Source: Mobula hypostoma
Lineage: Eukaryota
Direction: 5' to 3'
Length of the DNA: 64,000 nucleotides
NCBI RefSeq assembly: GCF_963921235.1
Contig: NC_086108.1
Span: 33,110,001-33,174,000 of the forward strand
This document shows, piece by piece, positions 1 through 11,854 of the stretch (within the stretch, counting starts at the first letter, position 1; each line of letters begins with the position of its first letter). The position numbers and the translations under genes are program-made. The notes under the pieces are model-generated. The model was not told the DNA's origin and ran no database searches. It saw only the letters and a list, made by a program, of their open reading frames with translations.

Positions 1-384
1 CTCAAAGACAAGAAAAGAAGGCGGGTGCTGGATTTTTCTACTACTTTGCAGTCAGAGATGGTGCAGCACTGATATTCCCTCAGGGGTGTCTCCAACTGAT
101 TGCTCACTGATCCTTGCCAAAGAGTTGTAGGTTCATGTTATATGACTAAATCTGGCTCCTGTATTATATACAGATCTTGAACAGAATTTGCTTAATTCAG
201 AGTCAGAATCAATATGAGGTTTAAGATCACTGGCATAATTTGTGAAATTTGTGGTTTTGCAGCAGCAGCACAGTTCAATACATAATATAAACTCTATAAG
301 TTACAATAAGAAATATATACGTAAAAATTAAATTAAGTAAGTGATGCAAAAAGAAAGGAGATAAAAATATTGAGGTAGTGTACA

Positions 385-484
385 TGATTAGTCAGGGTGT
401 GAAAGGTTATAGGGAGATGGCTTGATGAAATGGCGAAACAGTCTTAAAGGGCCAAATAGCCTAATTCTGCTCCTTTTATCTAAT
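385..484 (+). mobile_element. CR1 LINE 3'-end fragment inserted in the Rex1 3' UTR
   Basis: Matches the CR1 tail at 22670-22807 (aaaggttat...gggccaaatagcctaattctgctcc). Confidence 0.7.
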
Positions 485-1178
485 CGTTCATTGTCCATTC
501 AGAAATCTGGTGGTGGAGGGATAGAAGCAGTTCCTAAAACGCCGTGTGTGTCCTCACACTTCTGTACCTCCTATCTGATGGTAGCAATGAGAAAAGGGCA
601 TGTTCTGGGTGATGGGGGTCTTTAATGATGGACGCTGCCTTTTTGAAGAATCGGGTTGGAGATGTCCTCGATGTTGAGGAGGATGCCCTTGATGGAGCAG
701 GCAGAAGTTGCAACTTTCTGCAGCTTTTTCCAAATCCTGCGCAGTGGCCCCCCCCCATACCAGAGTGATACAACCAGTTAGAATGCTCCCCACAGTATAT
801 CTGTAGAAGATTGCTGGAGTGACTTGTAAGTGCATTGATATGTTGGGCCTAGGATAGATCTTCAGGGATGTTGACCCCCATGAACTTGAAACTGCTCGCC
901 CTTTCCACTGTAGATTCTGCAATGAGGACTGGTGTGTGTTCCGTCGACTTCCCCTTCCAGAAGTCCACAATCAATTCCTTGGTCTTACTGACATTGAACG
1001 CAAGGTTGTTGTTGTAAAACCGTCTCTCTTCTGTACACTCCCTTATCACCATTTGAAATTGTGCCAACAATAGTTGAGTCTTGGCAAATTTATAGATGGT
1101 GTTTGAATTGTGCCGAGTCACACAATAGTGTGTGTAGAGAGAGTAGAGCAGTGGGCTAAATACGCTTCTTTGAGATGC

Positions 1179-1266
1179 ACACACAAAATACTAGAGGAAC
1201 TCAGCAGGCCAGGCAGCATCTATTGAAAAAAAGTACAAAGTTTTAGGCTGCAACCCTTTGGCAGGA
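1179..1266 (-). mobile_element. Penelope-like pLTR fragment with decayed hammerhead
   Basis: Reverse complement of the 27500-27587 terminus (gaggaactcagcaggccaggcagcatctat). Confidence 0.75.
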
Positions 1267-1488
1267 GGTGTGCTGGGGTTGATTATCAGTGAGGAGAAGA
1301 AGTTATTACTGATTTGCGATGACTGTAATCTCCCAACTAAGAACTCAAGGATCCAGTTGCAGGAGGAGTTACAGAGGTCGAGTTTTTGGAGCTTGTTAAT
1401 TAGTACTGTGGATATGATGGTGTTAAATGTTGAGTTGTAATTAATAAATAGCAGCCTGGAATCAATCTGCAGTAGTGCTATTGTAGGT

Positions 1489-2292
1489 CAGGGATCCCCA
1501 ACCTTTTTTGCACCGCGGACCGGTTTAATATTGGCAATATTCTTGCGGACTGGCCGACCTGGGGGGTGTGGGGGTGTTGTGTTCAAGTAGGGTTAAACTC
1601 ACCTCAACATGTCTTTTACAGTTAGGGTTGCCAACTTTCTCACACCCAAATAAGGGACAAAAGTAGTAGTCGAATCCCTGGACACTTTACCCCCAGAAAG
1701 ACTACCATGACCATGAAGCGTTGCGCGGGTATCTGTGTGCGCATGCGTGGCGTGCGCATGGGAAGTACGCACGCGCGTACTTGCCGATTTCCCACAAAAA
1801 ATCGGTTTTGCCTTCATCTTCCTGACTATACTGTACATACATTGTTTCTACTTTATATAGGCTGTGTATTTATCATATCGTTCCTGCTTTTACTATATGT
1901 TAGTGTTATTTATTTTCGGCTTTATGTGCTATTTGGTATGATTTGTTAGGTTATTTTTTGGGTCTGCGAACGCTCAAAAATTTTTCCCATATAAATGAAA
2001 GGTAATTGCTTCTTTGCTTCACGCCATTCGGCACAAAAGGTTTCATAGGAATGCTCTACCTTAGTGAGGGAAATACGGGACAAGGGCGGTCCCGTATGGG
2101 AAAAACCAATTTAGCCCAATATATGGGACGTCCCGGCTAATACGGGACAGTTGGCAACCCCATGTTCAAGTTCAACAGTGTGTGACAGGGAATGAGGAAA
2201 GGTGCAGCTGACTCATATCGTTTCCTCACGGCCCGGTAGCACATCCTTTGCGGCACGGTACTGGTCCATGGCCCGGTTGTTGGGGACCACTG
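1489..2292. mobile_element. Non-autonomous hAT (Charlie-like) DNA transposon
   Basis: TIRs CAGGGATCCCCAAC / GTTGGGGACCACTG; imperfect 8-bp TSD ttgtaggt / acgtaggt. Confidence 0.8.
1588..2162. mobile_element. hAT Blackjack-like MITE nested in the Charlie-like element
   Basis: Perfect 8-bp TSD TGTTCAAG (1580-1587 and 2163-2170). Ends TAGGGTT.../...GTTGGCAACCCCA, an internal TAGGGTTGCCAAC at 1623, and subterminal GGGAC motifs. Confidence 0.75.
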
Positions 2293-4990
2293 ACGTAGGT
2301 AGTCCAAGGCCAAGTGGAGAGCCAGTGAGGTTGCATCCAATGTAGACCTATTGTGGTGATAGGCAAATTACAACAGGTCCAGGTCCTTGCTTTGACAGGA
2401 GTTGATTCTGGCCATGACACGTCATCACAGTAGATGTGGTGAGCAATGATCATTGAGGCAGCTCACCCTGCTCTTCCTGGGCACTGAGAGATTGAAGATG
2501 TCCTTGAACACTCCTGCCAGCTGGTTGGCACAGGTTTTCAGTGCCCGACCAGATACACCATCAGGGCCTGACGCCTTGTGAGGGTTCACCCTCTTGAAAG
2601 ATGTTCTGACTTTGCCTCCGAGACAGAGATCACAGGGTCAGCAGATGCTGCAGGCATTCGCACCGGTGTAGTTTTATTCTCCCTTGCAAAGCGTGCATAA
2701 AAGGCACTGAGCTCATCTGGGAGTAAAACATCACAGCCATTCATGATGTCAGGTTTCACCTTGTGGGAGGTAATGGCCTGCAAACCCTGCCAGAGCTGAC
2801 GAACATCCGATTCCATCTCTAACCTCAATCTGAAGTTTTCTTGCCCTTAAAATACCCTCAGAGATTCAGATTTCATATGCCACCTCTTAACAAGACTAAT
2901 AGCAAGGGGGGGGGCGGGAGTGAGGGGGAATGGTGCTGGCAAACAAAAGTAAATTTTACAAGGGTTTAGGCTGTGCAGTGACATGGAATGTTGAATATCA
3001 GTAAGAGCAGATGGAATTAGGATTGACTTGTTTAGATCCTGGCTCAGGTCCTGCACAAAGCAGGATATCATTAATGGGACAGCGCTGAATTCCCAGTGGG
3101 AGCATGAGTGGGAGCATGAGTGCGAGCAAATCACTGGATCGGAGCATAAGGCCTGGTGTCAGAGCTATCAGGTTGGATAAGGTTCCAGCACAGTCTCAGT
3201 ATGGTGATTTAGCATTACACGGAAGCATAAGAAGGGGAACAGATGTTTAGTCTGCCTCTCCTATAATAAGTGGAAATTACTACCTCTGAACATTAGTGTG
3301 CTTATATTTACAAAACTAGAATAGCTCCCAGGGCAGATGCACCAAGTGCTGACTGTGACCTTGCTCAGTTTCAATTACAATTACAAGGAGCGAGAGAAGT
3401 CACAGAAGCACATTTGCTTATTTTTGGACATGTTGGAGGAAGACTGCTGTTTTTGAAAACTATTTAGCTTGCAATTCCTATTTGGCAGGCCTTTGTCCCA
3501 GCTGATGAGGCATAGCAGAAGGCTCACAAATGGATATTCAGATAAAGATTGTTTTGTTTAAAAGACAGATTAGATTCACCTAGATTAGGAGAAACAGGTG
3601 TGCCACCTGGATCTTTGAAATGTGTGTGAAGCCTTTCATTCATAAATGACAACAATAATTTGCAATTATCTGTCTTTTATTCATTTATGCGAGGTAACTG
3701 TCACTGGGAAGGCTGCCATTATGTGTCCAATCCTAATTTCCCTTGATCTGAGTGATTTACCAGCCAATTGAAAGAGTCATACACATTGATGTGGCTTTGG
3801 GATTGTCACAAGACACATCAAAATTAGACAACACAGACTGAATGAACTTCAGGATGATGCCAGTAAACCATTGTAATGCTCTCTGGGCTGCTTACAAAAT
3901 TTCTAAGTACTGTATACCTCTTTTGAACTACTCCCACTGCAATCTGCAGCATGTAATTTCCCTTTGAGCAACATACATTTAAATTGACTTAATGAACTAA
4001 AGATTCTGTGATCTTCTGAAGGACAGTGGACTTAACTAATAAGCAGGTAGGTACTGCACATTTAAATGGATGAAGGTTCATCGCCATGGCTGGAAATGAG
4101 GTTGGGGGGGCGGTTTTGGGGGAAGACCAAGCCAGGCAGAAACTCAGAGCAATGAGACATCCTCTAGCCAGCAGCTTGTTAACAAATGTGTAGTCGCTGG
4201 AGAACAAAATTGAGGACATGAGGGTAAGATTGCTATATCGGAGGAAATGAGAGATTGTTGTATTCTATGTTTGATGGAGACATGGCTTACTTCCAGCATG
4301 CCATATATGACGATCAGACCTGGAGGTTTCTTGATTCGCAGGATGGACTGGGTTGCTGATTCTGAATAGGCAAAAGGTGGAGGTGTGTGTTTCATGATAA
4401 GCTCTTGTAGCAGAGTTTTTTGAACTCGTTTTCCCTGACCTTGAGCATGTAATGAACAAATGCAGTCTGTTCTATTTAACTAGGGAGTTCTCATCCATGA
4501 TCCTCACTGGAGTTTACATACAACCAGCAGACAACTATAACCAAGTGCTTGAGATACTGTCTCCAAACAAGAAACAATTCATCCCGACGCATTTCAAATC
4601 ATAGTCAGGGTCTTCAACCAGGCATGTTTGAAGAAATCCCTGCCCAATTACCATCAACATACAGCCTTTAGCATCAGAGATCCCAACACACTACACCACT
4701 GTTATACAAAGATAAGGAATGCCTACCATTCCATGCCCAGACCACATTTTGGGAAGTTGGATCACTTGTCTGTCCTACTCCTACCAGCATACAGGCAGAG
4801 ACTAAAGAGCAAGGCTCCAGAGATTAGGACAATAAAAATGTGGTTGTGGGAGGCAAAGGAGTGGCTATGGGATTGCTTCCAGTGGTGGACTGGGCCATTT
4901 CAAAGGGCTCATCTGCGGATCTGAAAGAATACACCATGGTTGTCACGGATTTTATAAGAACAGTTGTAGATGAATGTGTCCCCAAAAAAT

Positions 4991-7570
4991 AATAAGAACA
5001 TAAAAAACCTACAGCACATAGATGCCTTTTGGCCCACAAAGCTGTGCTGAACATGTCCTTACCTTAGAAATTACCTAGGATTACCCATATCTCTATTTTT
5101 CTGAGCTCCATTTACCTGTCCAGGAGTCTCTTAAAAGCTCCTGTTGTATCTGCCTCTACCACTGTCACCGGCAGCCCATTCCACGCACTCACCACTATCT
5201 GCGTAAAAAACCTACCTCGACATCTCCTTTGTACCTACTTCCAAGCACCTGTGCCCTCTCATGCTAGCCATTTCAGCCCTGGGAAAAAGTCTCTGACTAT
5301 CCACATGATCAATGCTTTTCATCATCTTATACATCTCTGTCAGGTCACATCTCGTCCTCTGTTGCTCGAAGGAAAAAAGGCCGAGTTCACTCAACCTATT
5401 CTCATAAGGCATGCTTCCCAATCCAGGCAACATCCTTGTAAATCTCCTCTGCAGCCTTCCTATGGTTTCCACATCCTTCCTGTAGTGAGGCGACCAGAAC
5501 TGAGCACAGTACTTCAAGTGGGGTCTGACAAGGGCCCTATATAGCTGCAACATTACCTCTTGGCTCCTAAACTCAATCCCATGGTTGATGAAGGCCAATG
5601 CACCGTATGCTCTCTTAACCACAGAGTCAACCTGCGCAGCAGCTTAGAGTGTCCTGTGGACTTGGACGCCAAGATCCCTCTGATCCTCCACACTGCCAAG
5701 AGTCTTACCATCAACGCTATATTCTGCCATCATATTTGACATCCCAAAATGAACCACCTCACACTTATCTGGGTTGAACTCCATCTGCCACTTCTCAGCC
5801 TAGTTTTACATCCTATCAATGTCCTACTGTAACCTCTGACAGCCCTCCACACTATCCACAACACCCCCAACCTTTGTGTCAACAGTAAATTTACTAACTC
5901 ATCCCTCCACTTCCTCACCCAGGTCATTTATAAAAATCACAAAGAGTAGAGGTTCCAGAACAGATCCCTGAGGCACACTACTGGTCACCGGCCTCCATGC
6001 AGAATATGACCCTTCTACAACCACTCTTTGCCTTCTGTGGGCAAGCTAGTTCTGGATCCACAAAGCAACGCCCCCTTGGATCCCATGCTTCCTTACTTTC
6101 TCAATAAGCCTTGCATGGGGTACCTTGACAAATGCTTTGTTGAAATCCATATACACAACATCTACTGCTCTACCTTCATCAATGTGTTTAGTCACATTCT
6201 CAAAAAATTCAGTCAGGCTTGTAAGGCATGGCCTGCCTTTGACAAAGCCATGCTGACTATTCCTAATCATATTATACCTCTCCAAATGTTCATTAATCCT
6301 GTCTCTCAGGATCTTCTCCATCAGTTTACCAACCACTGAAGTAAGACTCACTGGTCTACAATTTCCTGGGCTATCTCTACTCCCAGTCTTGAATAAGGGA
6401 ACAACATCTGCAACCCTCCAATCCTCTGGAACCTCTCTCATCCTTATTGATGATGCAAACATCATTGCCAGAGGCTCAGCAATCTCCTCCTTCACTTCCC
6501 ACAGTAGCCTGGGGTACATCTCATCTGGTCCCAGTGATTTACCCAACTTCATGCTTTCCAAAAGCTCCAACACATCCTCTTCCTTAATATCTACATGCTC
6601 AAGCTTTTCAGTCTGCTGTAAGTCATCCCCACAATCGCCAAGATCCTTTTCTGTAGTGAATACTAAACCAAAGTATTCATTAAGTACCTCTGCTATCTCC
6701 TCCGGTTCCATACACACTTTTCCATTGTCACACTTGATTTGTCCTATTCGCTCACGTCTTATCCTCTTGCTCTTCACATACTTGTAGAATGCCTTAGGGT
6801 ATTCCTTAATCCTGTTCACCAAGGCCTTCTCATGGCCCCTTCTGGCTCTCCTAATTTCTTTGTTAAGTTCCTTCCTGCTAGCCTTATAATCTTCCAGATC
6901 GCTATCATTACCTAGTTTTTTGAACCTTTCGTAAGCTCTTTTTTTCTTCTTGACTAGATTTACAACAGCCTTTGTACACCACAGTTCCTGTACCCTACAA
7001 TCCTTTCCCTGTCTCATTGGAACGTACCCATGCAGAACTCCACGCAAATATCCCCTGAACATTTGCCACATTTTTTCTGTACCTTTCCCTAAGAACAGCT
7101 GTTCCCAATTTATGCTTCAAATTCCTGCCTGATAGCCTCATATTTCCCCTTACTACAATTAAAGATTTCCCTAATTTGTCTGTTTCTATCCCTTTCCAAT
7201 GCTATGGTAAAGGAGATAGAATTGTGATCACTATCTCCAAAATGCTCTCCCACTGAGAGATCTGACACCTGACCAGGTTCATTTCCCAATACTAGATCAA
7301 GTACAGCCTCTCCACTTGTAGGCTTATCTACATACTGTGTCAAGAAACCTTCCTGAACACACCTAATAAACTCCACCCCATCTAAACAACTTGCTCTAGG
7401 GAGATATCAATTGAAATTTGGGAAATTAAAATCTTACCACCATGACAACCCTGTTATTATTACACCTTTCCAGAATCTGTCTCCCTATCTGCTCCTCGAT
7501 GTCCCTGTTACTATTGGGTGGTCTGTAAAAAACACCCAGTTGTGTTATTGACCCGTTCCTGTTCCTAACT
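4991..7570 (-). mobile_element. CR1 LINE, 5'-truncated within the endonuclease, ORF2 disrupted
   Basis: ORF pieces: VLDLVLGNE...GDSDHNSI (APE), RPVSLTSVVGKLMEKI...SQHGFVKGR...YMDFNKAF (RT), YRALVRPHLKYCAQFWSPHY. Tail near 4993-5010. Confidence 0.95.
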
Positions 7571-7819
7571 CAAGTCTTCCCCAATGAGGAGACCTGAGGG
7601 CCAGATCAGAGGCATTCAAGTATGGTGACCAAGAAAGTTACAAGAGGTCCAGGTATGATCTCGGGAAAGCCATCACTTGGGTGAAGTGTCAATTCCAGAC
7701 TAAACTTGAATCAATGAAGGAATCTCAACAGTTGTGACAGGGCTTGAATGCTATCACCTCATAAAATCAGGCGACATAGGTGGCAACAGGGCTTCTCTTC
7801 CAGATGCGCTCAATGCTTT

Positions 7820-8750
7820 GACTCTGCTTTGTGCAGCTGGATCCTGGACTTCCTGGCAGATCGCTGGCAAGTGGTAAGAGTGGGCTCCCTCACCTCCACC
7901 CCTTTGATTCTCAACACAGGAGCCCCTCAGGGCTGTGTACTGTCCCCTCCTTTACTCCCTTTATACCCATGACTGTGTCGCCACCCACAGCTCTAATTTG
8001 CTAATTAAATTCATCAACAACTGTACACTGATTGGCCTTACCTCAAACAATAATGAGTTGGCCTACAGGGAAGAAATCATCTCTCTGACACAGTAGTGTC
8101 AAGAAAACAACTTCTCCTTCAATGTTGCAAAAACAAAGGAGCTGGTTGTGGATTACAGGAGGTATGGAGACCGGCTAATCCCTATTGACATCAAAGATCT
8201 GTCACAACAGCACCTCTTTCACCTCAGACGGTTGAGGAAGTTTGGTATGGGCCCCCAGATCCTAACAACTTTCTACAGGGGCACAATTGAGAGCATCCTG
8301 ACTGGCTGCATCACTGCCTGGTATGGGAACTGTACCTCCCTTAATCGCAGGATTCTGCAGAAAGTGGTGCAGACAGCCCAGCGCATCTATAGTTGTGAAC
8401 TTCCCATGATTCAGGATATTTAACAAAGACAGGTGTGAAAAACAGGCTCGAAGGATCACTGGAGACCCAAGACACCCCAACCACAATCTACTCAGCTGTT
8501 ACCATCCAGAAAATGGTACCGCAACATAAGAGCCAGGACCAACAGGCTCCAGGACAGCTTCTTCCACCAGGCCTTCACACTGATTAACTCACACCGATTT
8601 GAATGTATTCTATGTTACATTGACTGTTCTATTTATCATAAATTATTACAAATTACTATGATTGCACATTGCATATTTAGACAGAGACATAGCGTAAAGA
8701 TTTTTACTCCTCACCTATGTGAAGGATGTAAGAAATAAAGTCAATTCAAT
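7820..8750 (+). mobile_element. 5'-truncated Rex1/Babar LINE inserted into the host Rex1
   Basis: LCSWILDFL...TGAPQGCVLSP and LFHLRRLRKFG...FYRGTIESILTGCITAWYG. Ends aataaagtcaattcaatt. The host reading (NAF|CACFD) continues across it. Confidence 0.85.
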
Positions 8751-9029
8751 TCTGTGCTTGCTTTGACTGTCAAAGCATGGAGGGACCATCAGAAACTCCT
8801 AAAGACCCGATAATCCTGAGATTTCAGTCCGAGGCTGATTTGCGAGCAGCCTTCAGCAGGGTGAATCCATGAAGAGCATCAGGCCCAGATGAGGTTCCCG
8901 GCCAAGTGTTAAAGGTCAACGGGCCGGAGTGTTCACTGACATCTTTAACCTTTTGCTTTGGCAATCTGAGGTAACCAACTGCTTCAAGCAAGCTTCAATT
9001 ATATCGGTGCCTAAGAAGAAAGTGGGCTA

Positions 9030-11854
9030 GGAGAAAGCTAGATGTGAGATATGTAAATTTTGCAAAAGGAGCTTCAGTTACCCAGACAAAAAGGCCCGTG
9101 GATTTCTTAACACCGTCAGTGGAGTTGTCACCGAGCCGATACCTGATGAACTTCCAGTAGAAGTCTGCAGTCTGCAGACCCCAGGAATCATTGAACTTGT
9201 TTGACACTGGATGGTGTGGCCAGTCTCCAACTGCCTGGGTCTTGGTAAGGTCTATCTTGAGATTGCCATTGGAGATGATGAAACCCAAAAATGAAATGGT
9301 TATAAAGTGAAATTCGGACTTCACCAGATTAATGTAAAGTCCATGGTCTAGAAGCCTCTGTAAGATGTCTCTGACATGAGCTATGTGGTTCTCCATGGAC
9401 TTCGAGAAGATTGGGATATCGTCCAAGTAGATGAGGACGTACTTATTGAGTGTACCACAGAGCACATCATTGACAAAGGCCTGAAAGATTGCTGGAGGGT
9501 TCACAAGACCAAAGGGCATAACCAGGTACTCATAATGCCCCGTCGGTGTATTGAATGCGGTTTTCCACTCATCACCGTCCTTTATACGGACCAGATTATA
9601 TGCACTCTGCAGGTCTAGCTTTGTGAATGCTCTCTCTCGTTGGAGCATCTTGGAGGCCATATTCATGTGTTGAAGGAGGTAACGATTCATGGCCGTTATG
9701 CAGCTTAACTCCCCATAATCAACGCATGACTGCAGGCTCTTATCTTTCTTTCGTACGAAGATGAAGCCTGTGTCGGCTGGTGAGGTGGAAGGCTGAATGA
9801 AGCCCATGGCAAGAAACCTCCTTTATATACCCTTTCATTGTGCTTCTCTCTGGGCCTGATAGGGCATACAATCGACAAGTACCAGGCTGCAGGTCTATAG
9901 CACAGTCATAGGGTCAGTGTGATGGAGGAGTCGAGGCCTTTCCTTTGCTGAAGACCTCCTCCAAGTCTTTGTAGATGGAAGGGATTTCAACTAGTTTGAG
10001 CATTGCTACCTCCTCCGGACCTTCCTTTGAGGATGACTCCTGAGGATCCATGGGTGGCAGAGTGATTTGACAGACCTCAGAGTCTTCTCCCTAAGCTCAC
10101 AAATCTCATTCATAGAAACTGTGGCCAAGTCAGAGACCAAATTCCCATCTGTATCCGCAGGTGACAGCAGTGAGGCATTACAGATGGTCCTTGTAACCCC
10201 CCCCCCCACCCTGCCCCCGGGAATAGGCTTCAAGGATCTACAGTAGGAGTCTTTCCTTTCCTCGAGACCTGGAAGTTGGATTCTTTGGACTTAGTTGGAA
10301 GTCTTTCTGACTACTCAGGTATCTCCTTGGTTTTCTCCTGAACTAGAGATTCCCTCTCTCTAGTTCCTGTGGAATCCCAGCTAGACAAGTGTCGGGACTC
10401 ATACAGTCCCATCGGGCGGAACCGGCTTGTCTCTCCTTGAGGGCAGGACTAGGTCTCCGCAAGGCCTCATGTTACCTCAGACTGAAGGCTGCCCCCTTAT
10501 TGGTTATTGCTCTCAGGAGGGTCTGGATGCTGGAACACCATATCGCAAACAAACCCTCTTACAATGACTGGACAAAGCAACGATTCTCCCCTCCCTCCAG
10601 TCCACAGATGGGTTATGCAGGGACAGCTAAGGGTACCCAAGGATCAGGGGTATGAGTGGAGAGTCAATAATGTAGAAAGTAATGTCTTCCACATGATCCC
10701 CTATCCTCATCTCCAATTCCATAGTCTGTTGCCGGATCTGCCCGGACACTAGCGGGCAGCCATCCGAGACAATTGCAGGCAAGGACTGGCTCAACTCTTG
10801 CAGTGGTATGTTGAGCCAGTGGGCGGTTCCAAAGTCCAGAAAATTATCTGCTGCCCCAGGGTCCACAAAATCTTTCAGCTGCCTTGGGTTCTTACCCCAG
10901 GTGAACACTGTTTTCAGCACAAAACCAGAATCTGTGGGATTGGGAGTAGTGGCTGCTACCATTACAGTCCTCCTGACACTGGATGGTCTTAGCAATTTTC
11001 CTGATGGCTTCAGCCTGGGACATTCGGCCCACAGGTGACCTGCTTCCCCGCAGTAAAAGCAGCTACCTTGATTCTGATGTTAGGACTTCTCCTTGGCAGA
11101 GAGTCTACTGCCACCAATCTACTTGGGCTCAACGGGATCTTGAGCAGGTCATAGTCTAGGCTGGAGAGCGGAATGCGGTGGCCCAGGCCAGGGAGCTTCC
11201 AGTCAGAAGAGAGATAATGAAGGACTCCTTTCCACGCTCCGAAGGGAACCAGGATGGCTGGAGTTCAAACACTAATGAGCATTGTACGAGGAAGCTGCAG
11301 CAATAATCCTGGTCACTGTCAAATCTCTCTGGGGTTGGAAGATGTATTGGCTCTACAGAACGATCAACTGGCTCTTCCGAGCGTCTCTGACTTCCTTCTG
11401 GCAAATGTTAACAAATGGCTACCTGGAGGTCATGTATCTCCAGAGCCTGTTGGGAAATCCTTTTGCTGTGTTTGGACACAGCAGATGAAAGACTGTTATA
11501 CCTTGCTGGGTCCATACTGGCTCCATCATGCAGTGATGAGAGTCCTTGGCAAGGATGGTTTGGACCCAGATCCAACCATCTGTATCTGAAGTAAGGATTG
11601 AGATGCAGTATCAAACTGGATTGAGAACTGAGCACAAAACGAACATGAGACAATATCGTCAGTAGGGCTTATGATTGAGCACCAAACCTCAGTTTAGGTG
11701 CTCTTTAAATACTTAATTCTTGGTGCTCGAAACATGATTGCCAATTAGTGGGAGCATCCTGGATCCTTAAAGGGGCCACAACAGCTACCTATACTGCAGA
11801 GAGTTAGAGCATCTAAATCCCGGAAGCTGGTGCAGTTGGGGGCGTCTGGTAACA
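9030..11854 (-). mobile_element. Ty3/Gypsy LTR retrotransposon, sushi/Tf1 group (PEG10/RTL1-related), 3'-truncated
   Basis: 5' LTR, gag from MDPAR (ATG at 11515; PTPERFD...CSLVFELQP...ISLLTGSSLAWATA), zinc knuckle CFYCGEAGHLWAEC near 11020-11062, protease FVDPGAADNF, and RT with AYNLVRI, YLVMPFGL and YLDD. Confidence 0.92.
11534..11854 (-). repeat. 5' LTR of the sushi-type element
   Basis: On the minus strand it starts TGTTAC and ends ...CA just before the leader and gag ATG; TATTTAAA box at 11704-11711. Confidence 0.75.

Larger units (their letters stand above)
197..2846 (-). mobile_element. Rex1/Babar-type LINE, 5'-truncated and decayed, interrupted by CR1, Penelope and hAT insertions
   Basis: Minus-strand ORF pieces give RT-region peptides: DELSAFYARF (2586-2828), FSPLLYSLYTHYCV...NVSKTKELIVDF (849-1184), YRYTVGSILTGCIT and IIKDPHHPEHALFSLLPSDRRYRS. 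Short-repeat tail near 197-215. Confidence 0.85.

Noticed and set aside
3036..3180. Short open frame SWLRSCTKQ...WEHEWEHECEQ
   Set aside because: Driven by a 12-bp tandem repeat, with weak splice signals and no recognisable homology.
6389..6787. Antisense ORFs over CR1 copies (also 41933-42241, 21646-22065, 42971-43363)
   Set aside because: Shadow frames of CR1 ORF2, not independent genes.
8995..11515. Domesticated PEG10/RTL1-like host gene
   Set aside because: It has frameshifts and stops, a mutated protease motif (DPG), a retained LTR and a truncation, so it is a decayed retrotransposon.
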